DNA of 64,000 bases from a virus. Each line of letters begins with the position of its first letter. The stretch's first letter is position 1. Shown piece after piece: positions 39,190 through 49,745 of the stretch. Location of the stretch: IMG/VR virus record IMGVR_UViG_3300046519_000190, positions 46,852 to 110,851 of that record. One strand, 5' to 3'. The translations under genes and the position numbers were made by a program. The notes below the pieces were generated by a model that made no database searches, had not been told where the DNA came from, and saw nothing but the letters and a program-made list of their open reading frames with translations.

Positions 39190-39894
39190 TTATATGCCGA
39201 CGTCAAGGGGTTGGAGAAGGGATTTCGAGTTGTGGTGGAAATATTTCCCTTGAACCTGGTCGTACTGCATCAGGTTTATCTCTTCACCGTCCTTGCTACC
39301 ACCATCGATCCGGGCTTGCTCGATGTCTCGGGCTAACATCACATGCACCATGATGGTGTTGTACTGCTGACGGAAGGCCCAATTCACTTCCCGGCCTACG
39401 TACTCGACTGTTGGGATGGCCATCTTGCCCGTGATGTTGAACGTCAGGTCATGCGTCAGTTGCTCGCTGGTTGCCACAAAGCGACCTGCGATCAGTTGCT
39501 GCCTGACGAATTCGAGGGCTGTCTTTACGTCTCGCGCTACAGCTCGCTCAATGACGTTCTCAAGCTCAGCGGCAAAGCCCCTGTGAAGCGCGTCAGCGAC
39601 TGATAGAGCTTTCGGGCTGATCGACGCATCAGTCAGGGCTTTGCTCGTCTCTAGCGCGCTCTCAGCGACTTGGCCCAGATCATCCAGGATGTTCATTCGA
39701 CTTGTGGACAGATAGCTCTGACCGATCGACTCCACAACCTGGTTCATGGACATCATCGTGACAGTCCCATTACCCAGACCGGACAGCAGCTCGACAACCG
39801 CTCCACGAAGGGCTGTCTCAAACTGAGCGTAGCCCGTCCGAAGACGAGCCACACTTGCCGTCAGGTCAGCGTTATCCCGCGATACGTGTGACAT
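39190..39894 (-). CDS. Virion morphogenesis hypothetical protein
   Basis: Within the head-neck operon; C-terminal FHHNS. Confidence 0.6.
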   Translation of the reverse strand: MSHVSRDNADLTASVARLRTGYAQFETALRGAVVELLSGLGNGTVTMMSMNQVVESIGQSYLSTSRMNILDDLGQVAESALETSKALTDASISPKALSVADALHRGFAAELENVIERAVARDVKTALEFVRQQLIAGRFVATSEQLTHDLTFNITGKMAIPTVEYVGREVNWAFRQQYNTIMVHVMLARDIEQARIDGGSKDGEEINLMQYDQVQGKYFHHNSKSLLQPLDVGI

Positions 39895-40660
39895 AACTGA
39901 TGATCCCTTTCAAAGCGAGAGCAGTTGCACGGCACACCGGGAGTTCCAGTGGTTTGACTGTGCGGTAGAAGTGAGCGGATTCACCGGCGCTGTGCGACAG
40001 CAGACCAGCGAGACGTTGTTTCTCGGGCGTGTTACCAGAGAGCAGGAAGTTGGCTTCAATGACCTGTGCGCGGATCAGTCGCTCTTTCTGGTCTGGGTGA
40101 AGCTTGGCCCAGGTTTCAGTCTTGAGCTGGCGAGTGGAGTAGATTTTCTCCAGATCGCTTTCGAAGATGCCGGTGTCGTCCCACATACGGTTCTGCGGCC
40201 AGTAACGAGCGCGACGATGCGGAGGACAGAAGTCCACATGAACGTCACCGATGTTGTGGTATGCCTGGATCAACGCCGCTTTCTGCTGATCAACCGGGCT
40301 CAGGTTGAACGGTACGATGTCGACCATGAATTTGGCTTGCAGGGACAGATCGCCCCAGGTGCCGAAAGAGTTGTCGAGTACCCGAAGCAAGTCCTTGGCT
40401 TCGATGATGACCTCTGTTCGTTCTGTGCCGATAGAAACATCGGCCGCGAACAGCTCGACCACAAACACAGCGAACGCACTCCAGCCACTGATTGCAGATG
40501 CCTCAGCAGGGAAGGTGACAGTTGCGCCTGTTACGTCGATTTGGTCCGGGCTTTGCCACGCCACTGCACCTGCGATTTCGACAGAGAGCGATGCTTTGTC
40601 AGCACCACTCAATGTCAATGGCAGAGTCAGGGCGGAACCGCTCAGAAGAACGTCCGCCAT
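39872..40660 (-). CDS. Head-tail adaptor-like protein
   Basis: QKAALIQAY, AQVIEA, S.SAGES..FY; position. Confidence 0.6.
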   Translation of the reverse strand: MADVLLSGSALTLPLTLSGADKASLSVEIAGAVAWQSPDQIDVTGATVTFPAEASAISGWSAFAVFVVELFAADVSIGTERTEVIIEAKDLLRVLDNSFGTWGDLSLQAKFMVDIVPFNLSPVDQQKAALIQAYHNIGDVHVDFCPPHRRARYWPQNRMWDDTGIFESDLEKIYSTRQLKTETWAKLHPDQKERLIRAQVIEANFLLSGNTPEKQRLAGLLSHSAGESAHFYRTVKPLELPVCRATALALKGIISYVTRIAG

Positions 40661-40665
40661 GACGG

Positions 40666-41328
40666 TTACTCCTGCTCGGCAGTAGCGTCGGCTACTGGGG
40701 CTTCAACAGCGTCAACCGGCACTTCGGTCGGAGCAGGGCGCTCTTCTTCCTTGCTTTCGAGGTCGGTCACGACATTGCCATCGGCGTCGGTGGTTTCGAC
40801 AACAGTGGTCGAAACAACGTCAGCGTCGGTTTGAGCGGTCAGAGCTTGCTCGACAGCAGGCTTGTCGTGAAGAGCCTTCTCGGCCATCAGGTCAGCGATG
40901 ATGCCCTTGATGCTCTTGCCGTTGACGCCGTAAGTTTCAGCGAAAGCACGCAGGCCGGCGATACCTTCGCCGTCAGCAAGCTTCGACAGGTCGTCGTGAG
41001 TGAAGCTGTAGTCAAAGCCGGGTTTGACTGGATCGATCACTGCGCCTGCGGTGACGACAATCGGTGGTGGAGTCGGCAGAGAGCCGCCCTTTGTCAGAAC
41101 GGGGTTGGAGTTGATGCCCATTTCGTCGGCGTTCTTGTTGCTCAGGTCGACCATACGCTGAGTGACGGATGGGTTGGCGCCAGTTTCGAACTCTTCGACG
41201 CGGACGATCGATGCCATGCGCTCGGCTTCACTTGCCGACACGTCTTCGCAGACGCCATCGACGAAGTAGGAGTTGCCCAGGTAGCCGGTGTAGTTCGCAA
41301 AGCCAGGGTCAGTGATGCGGATCTTCAT
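40666..41328 (-). CDS. Head-associated hypothetical protein
   Basis: RBS GAGG before MKIRIT; directly after the capsid gene. Confidence 0.65.
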   Translation of the reverse strand: MKIRITDPGFANYTGYLGNSYFVDGVCEDVSASEAERMASIVRVEEFETGANPSVTQRMVDLSNKNADEMGINSNPVLTKGGSLPTPPPIVVTAGAVIDPVKPGFDYSFTHDDLSKLADGEGIAGLRAFAETYGVNGKSIKGIIADLMAEKALHDKPAVEQALTAQTDADVVSTTVVETTDADGNVVTDLESKEEERPAPTEVPVDAVEAPVADATAEQE

Positions 41329-41355
41329 GTGATTTTCCTCAGATTCAGAATGTGA

Positions 41356-41386
41356 AAAAGGGGGCTTGGTTTCCCGAGCCCCCTTT
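41356..41386 (-). terminator. Terminator after the major capsid gene
   Basis: AAAGGGGGCT / AGCCCCCTTT stem with T run on the minus strand. Confidence 0.7.
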
Positions 41387-41414
41387 ATAGCAGTTGCCGG
41401 AGCAACCTGCCACC

Positions 41415-42317
41415 TTACACGTTGGTGATGCCTTTGACAGCAGCCAGCGATTTGGTGGACTTCAACGCCAGACCCACGTACCACTTCAAGCGAGTACGGG
41501 TGGCGTCTTTGTTCTGCACGGTGCCGATGTCTTCGACACGAACACCAGCAGAATCACCGCCGTACAGGCCGTGCAGGCCGTCGACTTCGTTCAGGCGCAG
41601 TGCGTAGACCGAGCAGGTCTGAGCAGTGGTGCCTTGGGCAGTCAGCGGGATGAAGTCGTTGATGATGATCGGGATGCCGTCGTGAGCCGGAATCTGACCG
41701 TAGTTGTCCAGTTGCAGCATGCCGCCGGTGTTACCACCAGCCAGACGCCACAGGGCTTTCAGAGCACGCAGAGTGCCGGTACGCATCATCAGGGCGTCAG
41801 GACGACGACCTTCCAGTTTGTCGATCAGCTCGTCCAGCATGGACAGGCTGATAGCTGCGCCGTTAGCGCCAGCTTCGAAGAAGTTGCCGGTGTCAGCAAC
41901 CAGCTTCGCGATACCGTCGAAGGACTTCGGATCGACGTCGCTGTTACCTTGCACCAGCGCGCGGCGGAAGGTAGTAGCCATACCCTTGGCTTTCATGGCG
42001 ATCTGAAGAGCCAGTTGGCTGTTCTTATCGGACATGGTTTGGTCCAGGAATTTGTCGACGTCAACGTCGCCAGCGATGATGCGCAGCTTGGTCACGACCT
42101 CTTCAACGTCGCTGGTGCCTTCTGGCACTACGTCGTTGACTTCGAGGAAGGTGCCTTCGCTGTTGGTCAGTTCACGGATGTACACCAGGGCTTTACCCTC
42201 GGTGCGTGCGAACGGCAGGAGAGCGAGCAGATCATCGCGATGGATGATTTCCTCGATCACGCCGCGGAGCATCTCCTCTTGGGAGAGCGTTTCAGCTACA
42301 GATCGCAACAGTGGCAT
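41415..42317 (-). CDS. Major capsid protein (HK97 fold)
   Basis: GVIEEI..LPF, GDVDVDKF, FDGI, LDELID, GIPIIINDFIP, RLKWYVGLAL; strong RBS AAGGAG. Confidence 0.9.
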   Translation of the reverse strand: MPLLRSVAETLSQEEMLRGVIEEIIHRDDLLALLPFARTEGKALVYIRELTNSEGTFLEVNDVVPEGTSDVEEVVTKLRIIAGDVDVDKFLDQTMSDKNSQLALQIAMKAKGMATTFRRALVQGNSDVDPKSFDGIAKLVADTGNFFEAGANGAAISLSMLDELIDKLEGRRPDALMMRTGTLRALKALWRLAGGNTGGMLQLDNYGQIPAHDGIPIIINDFIPLTAQGTTAQTCSVYALRLNEVDGLHGLYGGDSAGVRVEDIGTVQNKDATRTRLKWYVGLALKSTKSLAAVKGITNV

Positions 42318-42388
42318 TCTCTAACTCCTTCGTTAGATATTTGAATCAATTGGGTTCTTTAACCATCAGCACCGAACCAATCAGGCTC

Positions 42389-43288
42389 TTACTGATTTTT
42401 CTTGGCCAAACCCGCAGCAATTCGTGCGACACCAGGAGAAATAGTCTTCGACTCGTCTTCTGGCTTCTTGCCGCCCAAATCAGCGTTCTGCGAACCTGCA
42501 CCTGGCTTGCCCTGCGCACGAACCATCGCTTTGGCTTCCGGGTGTGCAGCATACAACGCCGCGATGCCATCTTCAAACGATTTTGGCTTGCCGTCTGCAC
42601 CCACGATAGGGGTACGTTCGGAGGCGCCGCGTGGCTTGTCATAAACAACTGCCACACCGTCCACGATGTCTACGTGAGTACCGAACTCTTTCCGGGCAAT
42701 CGATGCCGGGATGAGGGACTTCTCACGGATGAACGCGCTCTCGCTGAATGCGCGGCCAACGGTCAGGTTCACAAGGCTCTCGTCCTTCTGGCTCAACAGG
42801 AGCGTTTGTTGCTCCAACTGGCCTTTCAGGGTTTCGATTTCCTTCGCATGCTCGGATTTGACCTGCTCCAAGATACGGTCGTACTCGCCGCGTTTTTCGA
42901 GCTGGAGGCGCTCGGCCTCTTTCTTCGCTTCGATCAACGCCTTCAACTCGTCAGGCTTGCTTTCGCCGGCAGCGTCTTTGTACGCTTTCAGCTCAGCTTC
43001 GGCGCTCTTCGCCTTGTCCTTCAAAGCCATCAGCTCTTTCAGCAGTTTCGCTTCTGCGTCGGAGGGTTTGCCGTCACCAGGGTTTTGCTTGTTCTTCTCG
43101 GCTTCCAGACGGTCGGCTTCGGCCTTGTCAGCAGCGGCTTTATCAGCAGCAGCCTTGTCGGCTTTGTCCTTTTCGGCAGCAGCGAGTTGCTCGGCGGTCA
43201 GACCACCTGGCAGATCGTTACCGTCGCCATCAGCTTCTTCGAGATAGACGCCTGCGCGACCCAAGAGCTTGATCAGATTCTGGTGCAT
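42389..43288 (-). CDS. Capsid scaffolding protein
   Basis: Charged coiled coil (KRGEYD), G.GS tail, directly upstream of the capsid gene. Confidence 0.75.
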   Translation of the reverse strand: MHQNLIKLLGRAGVYLEEADGDGNDLPGGLTAEQLAAAEKDKADKAAADKAAADKAEADRLEAEKNKQNPGDGKPSDAEAKLLKELMALKDKAKSAEAELKAYKDAAGESKPDELKALIEAKKEAERLQLEKRGEYDRILEQVKSEHAKEIETLKGQLEQQTLLLSQKDESLVNLTVGRAFSESAFIREKSLIPASIARKEFGTHVDIVDGVAVVYDKPRGASERTPIVGADGKPKSFEDGIAALYAAHPEAKAMVRAQGKPGAGSQNADLGGKKPEDESKTISPGVARIAAGLAKKNQ

Positions 43289-43312
43289 TTTTACGTTCTC
43301 CTGGCTGTTCTC

Positions 43313-44908
43313 TTAGCCATTGGTTTTGCCGGTCTCTCGGCTTTGTGTATCGGTTTTCTTCGAGGAAGCGTCTGCGCGGTTGCGTTTGGCTTCTTCTACG
43401 ACTCGGCTCGCTGTCGAGGAACCGGCCCCGTTTGCCGCCAGCGCTTTCTCTTGCTCTGTCGGCTCGTTGGACCACTCTTTGACTTCTGCACGAATCTTGT
43501 CCATCAAATCCTTCGACAGATCGGGGAACAGCTTGGCAACCAGACGGTTGACTTGCTCTTCCATTACCAGCGGTGGCAGGCCCATCAGGCGCAGCTTCAT
43601 CGCGGTATCGATTTCGTCGTACATGGTACGAACGTCGAATTGGCTTTCTACCGGGTACGTTACCAGATTTGCATCTTCTGGCAAGGTCTCACCGGTCCAG
43701 GCTGCAATCACCTGCATCATTTTGTACTCGACAACTTCCAGCGCGTCGGCCTTGGCACTGAGCAGCGCTACTACGCGCTCGAAGTCCTTGGTCTTGGCAA
43801 CACCGGAGCTGTTGTCGATACCCTGTGAGTTGTCCTGCTTGGTACGTTCACCAGCAAGACCCACAGAATGGTAGATTTCGTTGATCAGTTGGCCGATGGC
43901 CGACAGGATCAGGGTAGCCTGACGAGGGTCTGGAGACAAGAAGACTGGGGCGTTGCCCGCTTCACCGTCATACAGGAACACTCGCTTGGTGCCCATTTCG
44001 AGAACCTTGTTGTACGCATCGTCACCTGGGAGAACGCCCTGTGCTGGCATTGCCAATTGGGAGAACGCCTGGTCCTGAATAATTGCGTCAAGGTTCGAGG
44101 CGTAGTTCGAGACTGCGCGGTCGAGGTAGGCAACGTCTGCGATCAAAGCAGGGCAATCCCACTTGTCGCTACCGATGCTGTTGTTCGCCGGGATGACTGG
44201 AACCAGACCGAGATTGTGTTCGCCGCTACCAACGACTTCCCACTTCCCACCGTCCTTCGCTTTCGCGTTCGCCTTGAACTCGAACAGAACCCATTCCATC
44301 CGGGTCCACAGACGATAGCGTTTGTACAGCGCACCCGATCCATTGATTGGGTCAGCGTCGTCACGGCAGTGTTCTTCGATCAGAACCCACAGCAGCTCAC
44401 CAGCTTCGTCGAATGCGTAGTCAGGAACTTGCTGAGGCGGAACCAGGTAGGCGTACAGATCAGGCTCAGCGACTTCGGCAGCAGAAGCGTCGACCGGGAC
44501 ATCAGTCACGCGGTTGTCGATGACAATCCAGGGACGACCGAAGATCGACTGCTTGAGCGAAACCACACGCATGAATTCGTCGATGTCCAGACCGGTCGAG
44601 TCGACCTTCTTCCAGAACTTCTGGATGGATTCTGGGGCATCGTCAACCCTGCGGTTGATTGGAGCGCGGAACAGGTACTTGTTGACCAGATCCACAGTCT
44701 CGCGGGTATGGTTGAAGCGGTAGGCACGCGCAACACGGTCGCTGTATTCGCGATCACCTTCCTTGATGTAGCGGAAGATGTTCTCTTTGAACCAACCGCG
44801 CCCGCCCTTGTAACTGGCTTCGAGGAAACACCAATGCGGCACCAACTCTTCGTAAAGAGGGTGCTTGCGCTCAACGATGGCTTTAGCCGTTTTACTGTCG
44901 ATTGGCAT
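43313..44908 (-). CDS. Portal protein
   Basis: KHPLY...W......YKGG, Y..R..RA..FN, HNLGLVPV, SGVAK; follows TerL. Confidence 0.88.
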   Translation of the reverse strand: MPIDSKTAKAIVERKHPLYEELVPHWCFLEASYKGGRGWFKENIFRYIKEGDREYSDRVARAYRFNHTRETVDLVNKYLFRAPINRRVDDAPESIQKFWKKVDSTGLDIDEFMRVVSLKQSIFGRPWIVIDNRVTDVPVDASAAEVAEPDLYAYLVPPQQVPDYAFDEAGELLWVLIEEHCRDDADPINGSGALYKRYRLWTRMEWVLFEFKANAKAKDGGKWEVVGSGEHNLGLVPVIPANNSIGSDKWDCPALIADVAYLDRAVSNYASNLDAIIQDQAFSQLAMPAQGVLPGDDAYNKVLEMGTKRVFLYDGEAGNAPVFLSPDPRQATLILSAIGQLINEIYHSVGLAGERTKQDNSQGIDNSSGVAKTKDFERVVALLSAKADALEVVEYKMMQVIAAWTGETLPEDANLVTYPVESQFDVRTMYDEIDTAMKLRLMGLPPLVMEEQVNRLVAKLFPDLSKDLMDKIRAEVKEWSNEPTEQEKALAANGAGSSTASRVVEEAKRNRADASSKKTDTQSRETGKTNG

Positions 44909-44968
44909 TAGGGTATCCACTTTTGAATGGCACTATGGTAAAGGACTTCTTCGCCATAGTGCAAGCGT

Positions 44969-46240
44969 TTATAGAGAGTGTCCAACGAGAACGATTTTCT
45001 TCACCGGATGCTCCAGTTCGATGCAGTAGCCCATTGCGTCCGTGATGTGCTCCATGCTCGCTGCCTTGTCGATGTCTCGACTGCCAGCCTTGTACAGCGT
45101 CTGCTCCAGCGACTGAACCACGTTCGTGCAACCTGGGTTCACTTTCAGGGTGATCTTCCCGCTGGCGTCCAGCAACAGACGGTTCACGCTGTTCACCCGA
45201 TCTGCAATGAGTGGGTGCTTGCGACGGAACTTGATCCGATTGAATCCCTTCTGCCTGAAAATCTCAAGGTCAGATTCACCGCGAGCGTGCTGGCGTGCAG
45301 CGCCGGCCGGGTCCGGGAAGATCGTGATGTTGCTCATGTACCGCCAATAACGCTTCTCCAGCTCCTCGCACACTTCCAGGGTGTTGGAGTTGTGCAGGAA
45401 AATCTCGTCGACGATCCACAGTTCACCGTTCGTTTGAGGCTGCATGATGCACGCGGACATTGGGTCGATGTTGAAGTCGACGCCAACGAAGATCGGGCGG
45501 CCCGGGTTGAACTTGACCTTTGGGTCGCAGTGTACGTGCCGATCGAATGGGTAGTAGACCCTACCACTCATTGTCTCGAAAGATGCCTCAAACTCCTGTC
45601 TGAACGTGCGAGGGTCCATGTCTCGCCGAGCTTCGATGATTTCGCTTTCAGGGATGAAGGGCGAAGTGATCGTTGGGAACTGATACGAGGACCAGGCTTT
45701 GCGAGCAGCGTCCTGACCGAACTGATAGACCTCATACAACTGGTTGTAGGCTTTGGGGGTGCCGATGAACAGCGCCTCACCGCGGTCTTTTGCCAGCGTA
45801 GGTCGAATGATCGTTGTCCAGGTGTCTGGACGGATGTCTTGGAATTCGTCCATTACGACGAAGTTCAGACCAACACCCCGGAGTGTGTCAGGGTTATCAG
45901 CGCCCTTGCACTCGATGACCGACCCGTTCCGCAGGGTGATCGACATTTCGGTTTCGTGTTCGCGCACAATCCACTTGCGCGGGATCGAAGCCTTGAGGTC
46001 GTTCCACATGATCTGCTTCGCCATCCGATAGGTCGGGGCGATGTACCAGATTTTCTGGTTCGGGATTTTGGCCCGCTGGATCATTTCGGTTTTGGCGAGT
46101 GCAGTCTTACCCCAGCGTCGGCCGGCTACAACGACTCGAAACCGGGTCGTGTCCAGAAACACCTCAGCCTGCTTTGGATGCAGGCCGATTTGTGTGGCGA
46201 GTGGGGTTAGGCCGCTTGGCGCAGCGTTGGTGATCTTCAT
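44969..46240 (-). CDS. terL: Terminase large subunit
   Basis: VAGRRWGKT, LRG.GL.FVVMDE, IGTP, FRQEFEASF, GVDFN, DPAG, H.TDAMGY. Confidence 0.95.
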   Translation of the reverse strand: MKITNAAPSGLTPLATQIGLHPKQAEVFLDTTRFRVVVAGRRWGKTALAKTEMIQRAKIPNQKIWYIAPTYRMAKQIMWNDLKASIPRKWIVREHETEMSITLRNGSVIECKGADNPDTLRGVGLNFVVMDEFQDIRPDTWTTIIRPTLAKDRGEALFIGTPKAYNQLYEVYQFGQDAARKAWSSYQFPTITSPFIPESEIIEARRDMDPRTFRQEFEASFETMSGRVYYPFDRHVHCDPKVKFNPGRPIFVGVDFNIDPMSACIMQPQTNGELWIVDEIFLHNSNTLEVCEELEKRYWRYMSNITIFPDPAGAARQHARGESDLEIFRQKGFNRIKFRRKHPLIADRVNSVNRLLLDASGKITLKVNPGCTNVVQSLEQTLYKAGSRDIDKAASMEHITDAMGYCIELEHPVKKIVLVGHSL

Positions 46241-46959
46241 CAGGTCACCGCCGGCTCATCACCTTCGACTACGATGTCATCTTCACCTTCGTCAAGCGCG
46301 GCATCCAAAGCATCCAGGTCGTCTGGACTCAGCTCGGTGCCCAGAAGATCGTCATCGTCGATTTCACCGTTCGCTTCTGCTTCCTCGCGACGCTGCTGGT
46401 CACGAAGTTCAGCCACGTCGTTTTCGGTCATCAACTTGATGTGGAGTTCCGGCATCTGCTCATCTGGATTCAACGCCTGGTCGAGACCCAGGATACGGGC
46501 GCCGGTGTTGTAGTTCAGGTGAATGATCTTCGAGGCTTCGTTCAGAGCTTTCAGGTCATTGAGCTTGTCGGACAGAGGCGTATTGTCCTTGATGGACTTG
46601 GCGACGTCGGAATAAGCCTTCTTGTTGAACAGCTCCAGAGCCTTGAGCGCGACCATTTTGATGTCGTGCGCCTGGACAGCAAGCTCTTCGGCCTGAGCAG
46701 CACTGGTTTTTTCGATGGCACGTTTGACCGCAGCGCTCACTTTCTTGGCGTCGGAGCCTTTCGTGAGGGTGTCACGCTTGAACCGGCGACTCAATGCGGT
46801 TGCACTGACCCCGACGGTATCGGAAATTTCTTTGAGGCTGTAGTCCCCGGAAGTCCACATCGTCTTCGCCCTGGCGTATTCGCGGGGCGTCAGTCGTTTG
46901 GCTTTTTCATCTTCCGGCACAGATGGAGTATCAATGGTTTCGGTCATAGCATCCGTCAC
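46240..46959 (-). CDS. terS: Terminase small subunit
   Basis: N-terminal HTH (SLKEISDTVGVSATALSRRF), acidic tail, abuts TerL. Confidence 0.75.
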   Translation of the reverse strand: MTDAMTETIDTPSVPEDEKAKRLTPREYARAKTMWTSGDYSLKEISDTVGVSATALSRRFKRDTLTKGSDAKKVSAAVKRAIEKTSAAQAEELAVQAHDIKMVALKALELFNKKAYSDVAKSIKDNTPLSDKLNDLKALNEASKIIHLNYNTGARILGLDQALNPDEQMPELHIKLMTENDVAELRDQQRREEAEANGEIDDDDLLGTELSPDDLDALDAALDEGEDDIVVEGDEPAVT

Positions 46960-47201
46960 GAAAAATAGGTGAGAGGCGGTCCTCTCACCCTCATGGACTC
47001 ACTCGTTAGCGCCATCATTGGACCGGATCACCTGGAAAATGTCAAATAAACGCTTTTTCTAAGGCATCCTTGAGGCAGTACGGTATTGCCTCTTGCTTCC
47101 GGGCTTGCGCTCGACGATTATACTGCTTGTCCCTTCTAACAACTTGTAAGAACTCTAAGAAAAAGAAGTAGTTATAAAGAAGGGAAAACAAGGCACCCGG
47201 A

Positions 47202-47540
47202 TCAAGTCAGTTCCAACAAGACCACATCATCTTCCTCAGACTCTACATACACCGGAACATGAGCAGGTTTTGGAGGTGTAACAACCCGGATTGCTACCGC
47301 TGTTGGTGCCAACGTCTGCTTCATCCTCCCATCTCTCATCTCTTTACCACCCGGAATGATCCAGCCCTGCTTTTTCAGGATAGCAAGGCTACACATCATG
47401 GACTCACGGGTGGATTCGTAGGGAACCCGGCTCATGATTTGGTAGACGTCAACGTCTGAAACCCGGGTGCCTGATGCGTCCAAGTTTCCACGTACCACCA
47501 CTTTCATGATTTCGCGTTGTTTCGTGGTCATCGCTTTCAT
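47202..47540 (-). CDS. Winged-helix-like hypothetical protein
   Basis: MTTKQREIM...SMMCSLAILKKQGWI; coupled to the GNAT gene. Confidence 0.6.
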   Translation of the reverse strand: MKAMTTKQREIMKVVVRGNLDASGTRVSDVDVYQIMSRVPYESTRESMMCSLAILKKQGWIIPGGKEMRDGRMKQTLAPTAVAIRVVTPPKPAHVPVYVESEEDDVVLLELT

Positions 47541-48418
47541 AGCAGGTCCAACCTCAATGGCTCTGACGGACCTTGCAAGTCGAAAGCCCGGAGCGGTAAC
47601 GATTGTGGAATCTCCCTACCCAAGTCCGGGTTGGTCCAGATTCCGTAAACTGGGCTCGCGAACACAAGCTGCTGTAGCTCACGCAGGAGGTGCTCCGGCT
47701 TCATCCCTTGCACTTTCCCTGTACCCGCATTCAGATTGCTCCCTGTCTTCTCCCTCGCGCTGTGACGGTAGTAGAACTCTTGCATCGCGGTCATCACACG
47801 CGCTCGGTGAGCTGGAGTGAAGCTGTTGAGCTCCTCCATGATCGCCTGGTGGTCAGCAGGGTGGCCTGCAAACTGGCTCCGCATGAACTTCAAGCCCTGC
47901 ACGTAGGCAGCAGCAGGCTTCAAATGAGCATGTTGGAACCCGGCTTTCACATCAAACGGATTGAATTTGGACATCGAGGACTGAATCTCGATGAACCTCA
48001 TCCCATCCATTCGCATGGCCAGGTTCACCATTCGATACGAAACCCCAACACCGCGGTACATGGTGTCCGTCACGATCCGTGCAGCCCGGCGAAAGTTCGC
48101 ATTCAGGAACGTTGCCCGGTGTACGTTGGTGAAATGGCTGTCATTGCCCGGTTTCAGCTTGGGGAATACCTGGTGACGAGGCGCCAGAAGCAGGCTTACC
48201 GTGCTGAGTACCACAATACCAACGAGACAACCATCATCAGTAACACAACGCCAGTACCTGGGTCCGGCGGGTAGATTCTCAGCCTTGTAGTGAAGGTCGT
48301 GAAGTTCATCCCAGTCTTCCTTGGTGCCCCGTTCGACACGCATGGTATCCAGCAGAGAGAACCGCGGCTTGGCGGCCGGGTTCCGTTCGACAACGATTTC
48401 CCATTCAGGCTGGCTCAT
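47537..48418 (-). CDS. GNAT-fold acyltransferase-like protein
   Basis: LHDLHY; RIVTDTMYRGVGVSYRMV (acyl-CoA motif A); MSKFNPF..KAGF. Confidence 0.75.
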   Translation of the reverse strand: MSQPEWEIVVERNPAAKPRFSLLDTMRVERGTKEDWDELHDLHYKAENLPAGPRYWRCVTDDGCLVGIVVLSTVSLLLAPRHQVFPKLKPGNDSHFTNVHRATFLNANFRRAARIVTDTMYRGVGVSYRMVNLAMRMDGMRFIEIQSSMSKFNPFDVKAGFQHAHLKPAAAYVQGLKFMRSQFAGHPADHQAIMEELNSFTPAHRARVMTAMQEFYYRHSAREKTGSNLNAGTGKVQGMKPEHLLRELQQLVFASPVYGIWTNPDLGREIPQSLPLRAFDLQGPSEPLRLDLL

Positions 48419-48740
48419 CTTCACCACCGCTATCAACATCGACCTTGCTGCATGCCAGCATCAGCGCGTCCGACACCTCTTGGTTGGTCTGGATGTTCGA
48501 GTCCCAGATCGTGAAGCACGCACCGTTGGGGCCAGCAGCCTGGTCACACATGACGATGATGGCTTTGCTCCAGTCACCGCCCATTGCGTGAAAAGCTTCC
48601 GCGGCGAGAGCCAGGCCGGCGACGTAATCCTTGAAGATCGGGTCTTTCGCAGCTTTCCATTCGGTCGCTGGAACCACATCAAGGTCTTGTCGACCGACAA
48701 CCTGACGGCTCTTGAAGTTTACTTTGATCAGCTCAGACAT
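48405..48740 (-). CDS. Hypothetical protein
   Basis: Overlapping-operon ORF with RBS GGAGG. Confidence 0.6.
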   Translation of the reverse strand: MSELIKVNFKSRQVVGRQDLDVVPATEWKAAKDPIFKDYVAGLALAAEAFHAMGGDWSKAIIVMCDQAAGPNGACFTIWDSNIQTNQEVSDALMLACSKVDVDSGGEDEPA

Positions 48741-49113
48741 TTTTCGCGCCTCCAATAGCAGTAGTGGCTTCGTTTCTGATCAGAGTGTTGATTCTGGTGG
48801 CGAGAGCTGCATCGCCAGCATTGGCAACGGCACTGATGTTGATGCTCGGGTTCATTTCCGCGCGGAGCTCCATCGATCGCAGGCCAGTGTTGTTCTTCAT
48901 GAAACCTGGAGCGACGGCAACACCGCCACCCCACATTCCCATGTCAGCGGTCTTTTCTTCGTCGCGCTTGGTGCTCAGCACCTCACCGGCCCGGGCTTCG
49001 CAGACTTCAGCCAGACGATCACGGATCTTATTCCACTGATCCTCAGTTGGAGCTGTGTCGCCGTTGATGTCTACGAAGCCTTTCAGCCAGATTGCGAAGT
49101 CGTTGGAGTTCAT
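48733..49113 (-). CDS. Hypothetical protein
   Basis: F..WLKGFV.I....PT.DQW..I...L N-terminal motif; coupled ORF. Confidence 0.65.
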   Translation of the reverse strand: MNSNDFAIWLKGFVDINGDTAPTEDQWNKIRDRLAEVCEARAGEVLSTKRDEEKTADMGMWGGGVAVAPGFMKNNTGLRSMELRAEMNPSINISAVANAGDAALATRINTLIRNEATTAIGGAKNV

Positions 49114-49745
49114 GCTGCCACCTCTACTTTGATTTTGTCCTTGAAGCGCTTGTCCACGTAGATGGTGGGAGCCAGCTCTTCGCGAAGGTCTTTGTGTGTG
49201 GTGGCAACGATCACAGTTGCACCAACTCTTGCTGCCTGCTTGCGCAGGTTGAAGGCGACAACTTTCGCAGTCACCCGGTCCAGTACAGCGCCGAACTCGT
49301 CAGCTACCCAGACGTTCGCACCAGAGGTCATCAGGAGCGCGATCTTGAAGCGGTAGCGCTGCCCGTCAGACAGCTCGCTTGGCTTGCGGATCATCAGGTA
49401 GGCGTCGTTCAGACCGGCCAGGGACAGAATCTTGATAGCTTCGTCGGTGCTACCCCCGATCTGATCAACGAGAGGCTTCTCTTGGAGAGAAACCTCGTCG
49501 ATATCAGTGACCATTTCGGTCGAGCGCATCTGTTTTGCCAGCTCTTTGAGCAGCAGAGACTTGCCCGACCCGGATTGGCCAGTGATGTACAGCACGTCGC
49601 CCTGATTGACCTCGATTTCAAAGTCTTTGTAGACGGTGAATTCCTTGTCTTCCAGCCCCAGCCCGAAGCCTTCTGCGACTTCGATCACCCGACGGCTACG
49701 AATCACCGAGCTGGGGAACGTCTTGTTGACGACATACTTGGTCAT
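49110..49745 (-). CDS. Stand-alone ABC-type ATPase
   Basis: Walker A GQSGSGKS, signature LSDGQ, Walker B VWVADE, H-loop TTH; no permease nearby. Confidence 0.9.
   Translation of the reverse strand: MTKYVVNKTFPSSVIRSRRVIEVAEGFGLGLEDKEFTVYKDFEIEVNQGDVLYITGQSGSGKSLLLKELAKQMRSTEMVTDIDEVSLQEKPLVDQIGGSTDEAIKILSLAGLNDAYLMIRKPSELSDGQRYRFKIALLMTSGANVWVADEFGAVLDRVTAKVVAFNLRKQAARVGATVIVATTHKDLREELAPTIYVDKRFKDKIKVEVAA

Noticed and set aside
49110-49745. ABC transporter
   Set aside because: No permease or binding protein; context is ParB/GNAT/terminase
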